This document shows positions 47,836 to 56,789 of a stretch of 64,000 nt of DNA, piece by piece (within the stretch, counting starts at the first letter, position 1; each line of letters starts with the position of its first letter). The translations under genes were made by a program, and so were the position numbers. The notes below the pieces were generated by a model that was not told the DNA's origin, did no database searches, and worked only from the letters and a program-made list of their open reading frames with translations. Source of the stretch: Candidatus Spongiisociaceae bacterium (GTDB taxonomy: Bacteria; Actinomycetota; Acidimicrobiia; Spongiisociales; Spongiisociaceae); the NCBI GenBank assembly GCA_965219685.1, contig CBDCOH010000002.1, positions 1,952,001 to 2,016,000 of the forward strand. Direction: 5' to 3'.

Positions 47836-48750
47836 GTGCTGATCGGGGCCGTATTCGGACTGATCACGGCGGTGACGCTGGGCGTCAATAACCTGCTCAC
47901 CGCGGTTGTGGCCCGCCGGTTCGGGGTTCTGCGCTCCACCACCGTCACCCTGACCATCGCCTTCGTGGTGATGATCGCCTGGGCGGTGGCGATCGGTGTT
48001 CCCTTCGAGATCACGAGGGACCAGATCATCCTGCTTGGCCTGCTCGGTGCAGCCGCCGCCACGTCCTTCCTGGGGAGCTACATGGCCCTGCGCCTCGGCC
48101 CGGTCTCGGTGGTGAGTCCCATCTCGGCCCTGTCGGGCGCCATCACCGTGCTCTATTCCTACTGGCTGCTCGCGGAGCGGCCCACCGCGGTGCAGTGGAT
48201 CGGGATTCCCATCGCCGCGGCAGGGGCGGTCCTGGCTTCGCTGGTGATCGAGAAGGGCGCCAAGATCCGCCTGGTCACATGGGGCCCGGTCTTCGCAATG
48301 ATCGCGGTGCTGGTGGGCTCGCTCTCCAACGCCGGGCTGAAGATCCCCATCCGTGACGGCCTCGACTCCAACTGGACCATCATCACCCAGCGGTTCTACA
48401 CCGTGGCCTACGTCGCCCTGATCTTCGTGATCATCGCCCGGATAACCCAGAACAGGAACCGGGAGGGGAGGGCGTCTCGCCTGGAGGACTGGGACAAGAG
48501 GCAGTCGAAGATCACCTGGCGCAACGGATGGCTGCTGGGCCTGGTGGGCGTCATCGACGCCGTCTCCTTCGTGACCTTCGGTTACGGCCTGGCCTACGCC
48601 CCGGCCTGGCTGATCGGGATCCTCTCCCAGAGCGGCCGGGTGATCGCGGTGGTCGGCGGAGTGATCTTCTTCCACGAGCGACTCCACCACCTGCAGTGGA
48701 CCGGGGTAGGCCTCGTGGGCGTCGGGCTGGTGATGTCCATCGCCGGCTAG
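47836..48750 (+). CDS. EamA/DMT family transporter
   Basis: About 10 TM segments in two repeats; ALRLGPVSVVSPI, LLAERPTAVQWIG, FFHERLHHLQWTG. Confidence 0.8.
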   Translation: MLIGAVFGLITAVTLGVNNLLTAVVARRFGVLRSTTVTLTIAFVVMIAWAVAIGVPFEITRDQIILLGLLGAAAATSFLGSYMALRLGPVSVVSPISALSGAITVLYSYWLLAERPTAVQWIGIPIAAAGAVLASLVIEKGAKIRLVTWGPVFAMIAVLVGSLSNAGLKIPIRDGLDSNWTIITQRFYTVAYVALIFVIIARITQNRNREGRASRLEDWDKRQSKITWRNGWLLGLVGVIDAVSFVTFGYGLAYAPAWLIGILSQSGRVIAVVGGVIFFHERLHHLQWTGVGLVGVGLVMSIAG

Positions 48751-48899
48751 CAGCCCTCCGAGGTCGTTACGTTTTCGAACATCTCCGGTCGACCGAGCAT
48801 GAACGACCATCTGGTCTATATCCTCCAATGCTGTATTGTGTTATCGAATGATGATGAATCTTGAGGATCCCAAGGGGATTCCAGGCGGTCAGGAACAAG

Positions 48900-49268
48900 A
48901 TGCAAACCTTGACATACCAGGACGCGGCCCGGCAACTGCTGGCCCAGAGCTTCGAGGAGCTATCCGCAGGCAACTCCCGCCAAGCCTCGGGAAGGGGCTG
49001 GGAAGCAACCGCCCAGATGATCAAAGCCGTCGCCGCCGACCGCGGCTGGGAACACGACGACACCGCCGCCCTGTACAGAGTCATCAGCAGGCTCGTGAAG
49101 GAAACCGGCGACGACGACATCCGGCGCCGGTTCGCTACAGCCAACGCCCTCCACCTGAACTTCAACGAGAACTGGGGCACCGCCGACTACGTAGCCGGAC
49201 AACTGGCCTACCTACGGGAACTGCTCGACAAACTGGAACGGCTGCTCGACCACGACACAACACCATGA
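48900..49268 (+). CDS. PaREP1-family (HEPN-like) protein, copy 1, motif-degenerate
   Basis: 122 aa; QASGRGWEAT (vs QASEKxWGAA), HDDT, ALHLNFNE. Confidence 0.7.
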   Translation: MQTLTYQDAARQLLAQSFEELSAGNSRQASGRGWEATAQMIKAVAADRGWEHDDTAALYRVISRLVKETGDDDIRRRFATANALHLNFNENWGTADYVAGQLAYLRELLDKLERLLDHDTTP

Positions 49269-49278
49269 GGAGACCGCT

Positions 49279-49645
49279 GTGCAGACCCTGACATACCAGG
49301 ACGCAGCCCGCCAACTGTTGGCCCAGAGCTTCGAGGAGCTATCCGCAGGCGACTCCCGGCAGGCATCGGAGAAAGCCTGGGGCGCAGCCGCACAGATCGT
49401 CAAAGCCGTCGCAGCCGACCGCGGCTGGAAACACAACAACCATGCCGCCCTACAGGGTCATCGACCGGCTGGTCAACGAAACCGGCGACAACAGCATCCG
49501 CGTCGGGTTCGGCATGGCCAACGCCCTCCACCAGAACCTCTACGAAAACTGGGGCAACTCCAACTACGTGGCCGGAGGGCTGGGAGACGTGGGGGAACTG
49601 CTCGACAAACTGGAACGGCTCCTCGACTACGACACGACAGGATGA
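49279..49645 (+). pseudogene. PaREP1-family protein, copy 2, frameshifted
   Basis: 2-nt deletion at ~49450 (GCCGCCC--TAC vs GCCGCCCTGTAC in copy 1); both halves align to copies 1 and 3. Confidence 0.75.
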
Positions 49646-49655
49646 GGAGACTGCC

Positions 49656-50024
49656 GTGCAGACGTTGACATACCAGGACGCGGCCCGGCAACTGCTCGCC
49701 CAAGGCTACGAGGAGTTGGCCGCGGGCGACACCCGGCAGGCATCGGAAAAAGGCTGGGGAGCCGCCGCACAGATGATCAAAGCCGTCGCCTCCAGCCGCG
49801 GCTGGACACATAACAGCCATGCCGCTCTCTATAAAGTCATCGACCGGCTGGTCAAGGAAACCGGCCATAGTGGGATCCACCTACGATTCAGCACAGCCAA
49901 CGCCCTGCACCAGAACTTCTACGAGAACTGGGGCAGCCCCGACTACGTAGCCATCGGGTTGGCAGACATCAGCGAACTGCTCGAAAGGTTGGAACCCTTG
50001 CTGGAGCCGGACACAACAGTATGA
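49656..50024 (+). CDS. PaREP1-family (HEPN-like) protein, copy 3, intact
   Basis: GD.RQASEKGWGAAAQ.IKA...RGW.H.SH...ANALHQNFYE, the PaREP1 consensus as recalled. Confidence 0.75.
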   Translation: MQTLTYQDAARQLLAQGYEELAAGDTRQASEKGWGAAAQMIKAVASSRGWTHNSHAALYKVIDRLVKETGHSGIHLRFSTANALHQNFYENWGSPDYVAIGLADISELLERLEPLLEPDTTV

Positions 50025-50034
50025 GGAGACCGCC

Positions 50035-50110
50035 GTGGAGACGCTGACATACCAGGACGCGGACCGGCAACTACCGGCCCCGAGCTTCGTAGAGCTATCC
50101 CCGGCGACTC
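50035..50110 (+). pseudogene. PaREP1-family copy 4, 5' fragment
   Basis: METLTYQDADRQLPAPSFVELS, then similarity is lost. Confidence 0.65.
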
Positions 50111-50284
50111 CCGGAAGGTGGACCGACAGGCGACTGGTAGCCCTCCCAGGCTTCGCCCACCGCGTATTCGCCCGAGACCATCTACTGGCGGCAACACCTG
50201 GCCGGTTGCTGCTCCCGGCCCGATTCAACGTAAGAGAACACTCCCGTGTCGAACGAGCGCGGGACTACAGAAAGGAACCAACCC

Positions 50285-51301
50285 ATGTTCATGGCGATCC
50301 TCGCAATCGTCCTAGCAGTGGTCGGGGTTGTACTGCTCACCATTTTCCTCAGGACCAGAAAGCGCGCCAGCAAGGAGACCGATAGCTACAGGCAGCGGGA
50401 TCTGGCGGGGACCGCCGCGTTCATCGGCGTCGTCGCAGCGGTGGCGGGGACCGCCGCGGTCGCTCTCGCGATAGCGTCCCTCGTCGCCATCGTTCCGGCC
50501 AACCATGCGGGAGTGGAGGTCCTGTTCGGCAAGCCCACGAGGGTGTTCGGAGAGGGTCTGAACCTCAAGAATCCACTGGCCAGCGTGGTCGAGATGCCCG
50601 GCCTGCAACAGGAGTCCACCTACAGCAACACCGTGGACGAAGGCGATCGGGGCGGGCCCGACGCGGTCGTCGCCCAGACCACCGACAACCTGGACGTCGA
50701 CGTGGACGCCTCGGTGTTGTGGAGTTTGAACCTGGAAGGGACCGCCCCGGTCGGCACGTACCGTGAGTACCGGACTATCGAACAGGTCCGCGCGGTCTTG
50801 CTGAGGCCGGTAAGCCGGGACGCTATCCGCGTCTGCATCGCCCGGTTCAACTTCGAGGAGGCCAGAACCATCGGCCGTGAACAGATCGGTGACTGCTCGG
50901 CCCAGGCCATAGCAACCGCGGTGTTCCCGTTCGTCATCGTCAGGGATGTACAGATACGGGAGATGTCGGCATCGCCCGAAGTCATGGCTGCCATCGACCG
51001 TAAGGCGGCGGCGGAGCAGGCAGCACGGGAGGCGGAGTTCCGACGGGACCAGGCGGCCATCGACGCCGAGACGGCCCGTATCGCCGCGGAGGGTGTTGCC
51101 AACGCCGAGATCGAGCGGGCGCGAGGTATCGCCGAGGCCAACCGGCTGGTCGACGAGAGCCTGACCCCGACACTGCTCGAGTACCGGAAGGTCGAGTTCC
51201 TGTCCCAGAGCAACAACACCGTTTGGGTGTTAGGCGGCGACAACTCGCCCGAGTTGGTGATTCCGGTCGGCGGGCCGATACCACCCGACGAGGAGGAATA
51301 G
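50285..51301 (+). CDS. SPFH/Band 7 (prohibitin-like) membrane protein
   Basis: GAAAGGA RBS; two N-terminal TMs; IVPANHAGV...FG...EGLNLKNP; coiled-coil AIDRKAAAEQ...AEG.A...AEANRLV. Confidence 0.85.
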   Translation: MFMAILAIVLAVVGVVLLTIFLRTRKRASKETDSYRQRDLAGTAAFIGVVAAVAGTAAVALAIASLVAIVPANHAGVEVLFGKPTRVFGEGLNLKNPLASVVEMPGLQQESTYSNTVDEGDRGGPDAVVAQTTDNLDVDVDASVLWSLNLEGTAPVGTYREYRTIEQVRAVLLRPVSRDAIRVCIARFNFEEARTIGREQIGDCSAQAIATAVFPFVIVRDVQIREMSASPEVMAAIDRKAAAEQAAREAEFRRDQAAIDAETARIAAEGVANAEIERARGIAEANRLVDESLTPTLLEYRKVEFLSQSNNTVWVLGGDNSPELVIPVGGPIPPDEEE

Positions 51302-51401
51302 GGACCAGATGACCGGGGAGGCTCGGTCGACTCGGGCGTCCCCGTCTCGCGCAACTCGGGTCAGAACCACGTGCCTAGACGGCGGCACTCAGCACCACCC
51401 G

Positions 51402-51683
51402 AGTGTCCGATTCCTGGGTTCGTGATGGAAATCCAGAACGTACGTGCCACGCGGCCAGGCAGGCCCCGGAAGCCGAGAACGCGAAAACCTCCCCGACCGT
51501 ACCCCTCCGGTGGGCCCACCCCCTACCGCCACCTCCAAAGCCTACGAACGCGTCCCGCCATCCCCACAGCAGGTCGGCTCCTACAACATGATCCCCGCCC
51601 CGGTCCGATCGGTACCGCAACGGACCGTTGGTGTTTACGGCTACTTGCCAGTATGCAACGGGACTGTGACACGGGCAACCCCC
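51402..51683 (-). repeat. Dispersed ~282-bp non-coding element, copy 2
   Basis: Colinear with 17913-18195; same minus-strand promoter TTGCCC-17nt-CATACT containing TGTCAC. Confidence 0.85.
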
Positions 51684-51844
51684 TCGTAACGAACTTGTAG
51701 CGAGAACGCTCGGTCCCCAACCCCGCTTCTCTGGCACAGGTGCCTTGTCCCGTTCCGAGTGGCGGAGCATCTCGACTGCCTCTCCGTCAGAGCATCATCC
51801 CGGCAGTCACCGCACGGCGATCAAGCGGCGGACGTCTCCGGCCG

Positions 51845-53101
51845 CTACTCGTTCCGGAGCGCGGCGATGGGATCGACGGTAGTGGCTCGGTAGGCCGGGT
51901 AACTCCCGCTGGCCAGGCCGACGCCCCCTGCCACCAGGAATGCCGCGGCGATGCTCCACGGCTGGATCAGCACCGTCAACTCCTGGCCACCGACCACCCG
52001 GCCGTCGACGGCCAGCGAGACTCCGGCCCCGATGGCGACGCCGACCAGGCCCCCGAACAGGCTCAAGGTCAGCGCCTCGGTCACGAACTGCTTCACGATG
52101 TCACGCGATGTGGCCCCCACCGCGCGCCGGATGCCTATCTCCCGAGCCCGCTCCGTGACCGAGACAAGCATGATGTTCATCACACCGATGCCTCCGACGA
52201 GTAGGGAGATACCGGCGATGCTGCCGAGCAGGATCGAGAGAGTATTGCTGACCTCGGTCGCCGCGCTGATCAGATCGTCCTGGCTCTGGATCACGAAGTC
52301 CGGCTCGGCCGTGCCGTGGCGGAAGAGCAGCAGTTCGCTGATCTCCTGCTTGACGCGGTCCTCGTCGACGCCATCCGCAGCCCGGACGTCGATCTGGGTG
52401 ACGCGCAGGTCCCCTGCAGGGGTGTACAGGAAACGCAGCCGGTTGGCGATGCTCCTCAGCGGGATGAAGGCCTGGTCGTTGGCCTCGCTGGCGCCGCCCT
52501 GCTCCTCGAGGACCCCTACCACCACGAAGGCGAGCGTGAGACGTCCGCCTGCGAAGGAGAGCCGCACCTGCTGGCCGACCGGATCCACGCCCGGGTACAG
52601 CGTCTCGGCGGTTCGCGCTCCCAGCGCCGCCACCATCGAACCTTCCTCGTCATGCAGCGGTGTGATGAAGGACCCTGAACGGATGTCGAGATCACGCACC
52701 TCTCCGTACTCACTGGACGTGGAGACCACCGTGGCCCCCACATTGTTCGCTCCCGCGACCAGCTGCGTGTCCACCGTGGCACGGGCCGCGACGGCCACGA
52801 CACCGGGAATGGCGTCGGCGGCGATCGCCGCGGCATCCCCGTCGACCAGCGTCGACTCGGCGGACCCGGCGGGGTTGCCGGTCTGGGAGGTTGTGGCTGC
52901 CGCACTCGACTCGATGAAGATCAGGCCCGTGCCGAGGCCGCGGATCCGATCGGTGACGCCCTGCTGCGTACCCTGGGCCACCGCCACCAGCGCGATCACC
53001 GAACTGACCCCGATGACCACCCCTAGCGAGGTCAGCGCACTCCGTAGCCGGTTGGCGAAGATGGCTCGCAGGGTGATGCGGAACGCGTCCAGCAGGCTCA
53101 C
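51845..53101 (-). CDS. MacB/FtsX-family ABC exporter permease
   Basis: NRLRSALT.LGVVIGV, SLLVGGIGVMNIMLVSVTER.REIGIRRAVGA, YPAYRA..DPI.ALR.E. Confidence 0.92.
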   Translation of the reverse strand: MSLLDAFRITLRAIFANRLRSALTSLGVVIGVSSVIALVAVAQGTQQGVTDRIRGLGTGLIFIESSAAATTSQTGNPAGSAESTLVDGDAAAIAADAIPGVVAVAARATVDTQLVAGANNVGATVVSTSSEYGEVRDLDIRSGSFITPLHDEEGSMVAALGARTAETLYPGVDPVGQQVRLSFAGGRLTLAFVVVGVLEEQGGASEANDQAFIPLRSIANRLRFLYTPAGDLRVTQIDVRAADGVDEDRVKQEISELLLFRHGTAEPDFVIQSQDDLISAATEVSNTLSILLGSIAGISLLVGGIGVMNIMLVSVTERAREIGIRRAVGATSRDIVKQFVTEALTLSLFGGLVGVAIGAGVSLAVDGRVVGGQELTVLIQPWSIAAAFLVAGGVGLASGSYPAYRATTVDPIAALRNE

Positions 53102-53814
53102 CCCGCCGACGCTCCTGCCGGTGGCGGGACCGATGGCTCCGCGCCCGCCCCGCTGTCACCGACTATCTCTCCGTCGCGCATGCGGATGGTGCGCCGGGCG
53201 TAGGCGGCGACGTCCGCCTCGTGCGTCACCAGTACCACTGTCAGCCCCTGATCCTCGACCAGTTCGGTAAGGAGTTCCATGAGTTCCCGACCCGTCGCCG
53301 AGTCGAGGGCGCCGGTCGGCTCGTCGCCCAGCAGCACCAGCGGGTTCACGACGAGGGATCGGGCGATCGCCACTCGCTGCTGCTCCCCCCCGGACAATTC
53401 GTTCGGAAGGTGCATGATGCGATCCGCCAGACCGACCCGTACCAGCGCCTCGGCAGCACGCCGCCTGCGGTCTGGAGCACGCTGGTAGATCAGCGGCAAC
53501 TCGACCTGCTCCAGGGCTGTCAGGCGGGGCAGCAGGTTGTAGGACTGGAAGACGAACCCGAAGGCGTTGCCCCGAAGCCGGGAACGGGCATCCTCGGAGA
53601 ACCGCTCAACATCGCGCCCGGCTAGGAGGTACTTGCCGGAGGTGGGACGGTCAAGCAGGCCGATGATGTTCATGAGCGTGCTCTTGCCGGAGCCCGACTG
53701 GCCCATGATCGCGACGAACTCCCCCCTGTCGATCTCGAGGCTCACACCGGCCAATGCCCGCACGTCCACACCGCCGGTCGCGTAGACGCGGGCCACGTTG
53801 TGCAGCCGGATCAC
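53098..53814 (-). CDS. MacB/LolD-type ABC ATP-binding protein
   Basis: [40 protein letters not shown]. Confidence 0.92.
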   Translation of the reverse strand: MIRLHNVARVYATGGVDVRALAGVSLEIDRGEFVAIMGQSGSGKSTLMNIIGLLDRPTSGKYLLAGRDVERFSEDARSRLRGNAFGFVFQSYNLLPRLTALEQVELPLIYQRAPDRRRRAAEALVRVGLADRIMHLPNELSGGEQQRVAIARSLVVNPLVLLGDEPTGALDSATGRELMELLTELVEDQGLTVVLVTHEADVAAYARRTIRMRDGEIVGDSGAGAEPSVPPPAGASAG

Positions 53815-55039
53815 GGTCCGCCTCCGCCCCGACCGCCACCGAAGCCTCCCGGAGGACCACCGGGGAAGAGATCGAACCCGGGCGACGGTTCCTGCTGCTG
53901 GCTGGCGCTGTAGGCGATTCCGGCGCTGTCAGCCCCGATCAGCAACACCGCGCCTGCCTCCAGACCGCTCGTGATCTCCACGTTCACGCCGTCGGACTCG
54001 CCCAGCCCGACCGTGACGCGCTCGAATCCGACTCCGGCGCCATCGGCGGGCCCCGCCGGAACGGTGACGAACCAGTCGCCGTCGATCTGCCGTACGGCGG
54101 AGACGGGAACCAGCACGGACTGCTCCCGCACGTCGGTGAGGATGGTGACGGTGGCGCTCATCCCGGGCGCCGGCAACAGGCGGGCGGCAACGGGTTCCGC
54201 TGCCCCGGCCTGGTTCGGCCGCCCGGGAGCCCCCGGCCCGCCGGCCGCAATCCGCTCCCGCAGTTGCGGCGGGATCTCGAAGTCCTCTGGCAGGCTGACC
54301 CCCTCGGGCAGCGGCTCGCCGCTGATGACCGCCTGTGTCACGTCCTGGATGGTCACGCCTTCCGGCAACTCGATTCCGGCCAGCGCGCCGCCCGCACGGC
54401 CTCCGCCGAAGCTCGGTGCTCCTTCCCCGCCGGCACCTCCGATGCCGTCCACCGCCTCCAAGACTCCGGCGACTCCGGGAGCATCTCCCTGCCCGGCGAG
54501 TACGGCGAGTTGTCCGGCCACTTCAGCGATTTCCGCACCGGTCAGGATCCTTGCCTCCACCCCGTATGTCACCACACCCTGGGCGGTGTCCGGCATGCGG
54601 CTGATCGAGACTATCCGCACCGGGTACTCGACCCCCTCGACCCCGTCGAACGAGGCGACACCCGCCTGCCCGATCTCCAATGAGAACAGGTCGGCCTCGG
54701 TCACGGTCAGGTCGATCAGCATCCGGTCGGGCGTGCTGAGCGAGAAGGCGACAACGTTCTGGGTCACGCGGTCGCCCGGGTGGACGTTGACACCCTCGAC
54801 GGTCCCGTCGAAGGGGGCCACCACGGTCAGATCGGCAAGGGCGGCGCGGGCCTCCTCAAGCGTGATCTCGGCAAGCCGAACGCTCTCCTCCTGTTGAGCG
54901 ATGGCGTTGGCAGTCGCTCCCGCCAGCAGTTCGTCGTGGCGCGCCCGGGCGGTGGCCAGGCTGGCCAGCGCCGCGTCCAGGGAGGATTGAGCCTGCTCGT
55001 GATCGCTCTCGTCGGCCGGCTCCTGAAGCTCCTCGAGGC

Positions 55040-55212
55040 GGGCAACGGCGGCAGAGTGGTTGGCACGGGCAGCCTCCACCGCCTGCTCGGCCTGGTAGAA
55101 GTCCTGGGCCGTCGGGTCGTCCCGGAGTTCGCCGCGACGGGCAACGGCGGCAGAGTGGTTGGCACGGGCAGCCTCCACCGCCTGCTCGGCCTGGTAGTAG
55201 TCCTGGGCTGTG
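55040..55212 (-). repeat. Intragenic 99-bp-period repeat (PTAQD(Y/F)YQAEQAVEAARANHSAAVAR x2)
   Basis: Near-identical blocks at 55041 and 55140. Confidence 0.8.
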
Positions 55213-55860
55213 GGCTCCTCCTGGAGAGCCTCTAGCCGGGCAACAGCGGCAGTGTGGCTCGCTCGGGCGGCTTCCAGCGCCAACTCCGCCTGCCGGACAT
55301 CCTCGCCGGAGGGCGGTAGGAGCAGATCGGCAAGTCGATCCTCCGCGGTGGAGAGGTCTGTTACAGATGTCTGCCTGGCTGCTTCGGCCAGGATGTACGC
55401 CAGGTTGTTGTCGATGAGGGCGTTGGCGCGGCGCTGGTAGCCGGCGGAGCGCCCCTCAAGGGTCTCGTGAAGGGCCTCCACCTCCTCGTCCGAGAGGGGT
55501 TCCAGGATCTCCTCACTCTCCAGGGGCAAGGTACCGGCGCAGGTCACCTCGGCTATGTTGAAGGCGCCGTACTCGTCGCAGTACTCGTCCCAGGCCTCGC
55601 CCAGGGCGACCCAGGAGTCGTTCGCCTCGCTGACGGCACTCAAGAGCTGGGCCTCCGCCCGGGCCACCGCAGATCGAGCGGCGGCGATCTCCGTTTCGGT
55701 CGCATCGGTGAGCAATGCCGCCAGCGCCTCCTCGGCGCTCGACAACTGAGCAAGCGCACTAGCCACCGCCTGCTCAGCCGACGCCACCTCACTAGCACTA
55801 GGCGGCTCCGACAACCCAGAGAGAGCCTCCTCGGCGCTCGACAACTGAGCAAGCGCACTA

Positions 55861-56699
55861 GGGCGTGTTCACTCTAAGTTACACCCATGTGATACCATTA
55901 ACATATGGAAATAACACAAGAACAATACCAACTCATAGCAGACGCGTTCCCGAAACAGCGGGGCAACGTCAAGGTATCCAACCTCGATGCTCTCAACGCC
56001 ATGCTCCACATACTGGAACAAGGCTGCAAATGGCGGGGCCTTCCCAAAGAGTTCGGGAACTGGCACACCATCTACATGCGGTTCAGGCGCTGGGCGGCCA
56101 GCGGTGTGCTGGTGCGGGTGTTCCAACGCCTACAGCAAGAACAACTCATCGACCTCGAAGTTCTGGGATTGGACAGCACAACAGTCAAGGTCCATCCCGA
56201 CGCAGCCGGTGCTCTCAAAAAACATGGTCCCCAGGCCATCGGACGGTCCCGAGGGGGATTGACGACCAAGATTCATATGGTCGCCGCCGACGCTCGTACA
56301 GCGATCATCTACGCTATTTCCCCAGGCCAGGACCATGATGGCCCCCACGGACGGGAACTCCTCGAAAAGCTCGGATCCCGAAAGAAGAAAGACACCGAAG
56401 CAGAAGGCGAACAACTGCAACTGTTCCTGGTAGCCGACCGCGCCTACGAAGGAGACAACACACGACAACTGGCGCTCGCTCTGGGATACACACCGGTCAT
56501 CCCACCCAAAACCAACCGCCGCCACCCATGGGACTACGACCGCCAGATATACAAGCGGCGAAACGAAGTGGAACGGCTCTTCCGCCGGATCAAAGCCTAC
56601 CGGCGTGTCTTTGTCCGCTACGACAAACTCGACATCATCTTCCTAGCATTCATCACCCTCGCCCTCATCCACGACACCCTCAAAAGCGTGAACACGCCC
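55861..56699 (+). mobile_element. IS5-family insertion sequence (IS427-like), 839 bp
   Basis: Perfect 12-bp TIRs GGGCGTGTTCAC / GTGAACACGCCC; CTA duplicated (55858-60, 56700-02) at a CTAG target. Confidence 0.93.
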
Positions 56700-56789
56700 C
56701 TAGCCACCGCCTGCTCAGCCGACGCCACCTCACTAGCACTACGCGGCTCCGACAACCCAGACAGGGCCTCCTCGGCGCTCGACAACTGA
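55905..56789 (+). CDS. IS5-family DDE transposase (single ORF, reads through the right TIR)
   Basis: GCKWRGLP..FGNW.TIY.RFRRW, LDSTTVKVH, GRSRGGLTTKIH, ADRAYE, YKRRNEVERLF..IK.YRR...RYDK. Confidence 0.93.
   Translation: MEITQEQYQLIADAFPKQRGNVKVSNLDALNAMLHILEQGCKWRGLPKEFGNWHTIYMRFRRWAASGVLVRVFQRLQQEQLIDLEVLGLDSTTVKVHPDAAGALKKHGPQAIGRSRGGLTTKIHMVAADARTAIIYAISPGQDHDGPHGRELLEKLGSRKKKDTEAEGEQLQLFLVADRAYEGDNTRQLALALGYTPVIPPKTNRRHPWDYDRQIYKRRNEVERLFRRIKAYRRVFVRYDKLDIIFLAFITLALIHDTLKSVNTPLATACSADATSLALRGSDNPDRASSALDN

Larger units (their letters stand above)
48900..50110 (+). repeat. Head-to-tail tandem array of ~378-bp PaREP1-like gene units (3 full units plus 1 truncated)
   Basis: Starts at 48900, 49279, 49656, 50035; junction GACAC.ACA..ATGAGGAGAC.GC.GTG conserved. 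Confidence 0.9.

Noticed and set aside
48900-50110. PaREP1 array as a DGR template/variable-repeat set or a CRISPR-like array
   Set aside because: No reverse transcriptase or cas genes in the window; differences involve all four bases, not only adenines; the units are whole genes without unique spacers
50285-51301. SPFH gene as a functional partner of the PaREP1 array
   Set aside because: It has its own RBS, follows a truncated unit and a gap, and adjacency alone is insufficient without synteny data
53811-55844. 677-aa ORF and the 243-aa ORF at 56618-57349 as two independent genes
   Set aside because: They are the two halves of one adaptor gene split by the IS5 element
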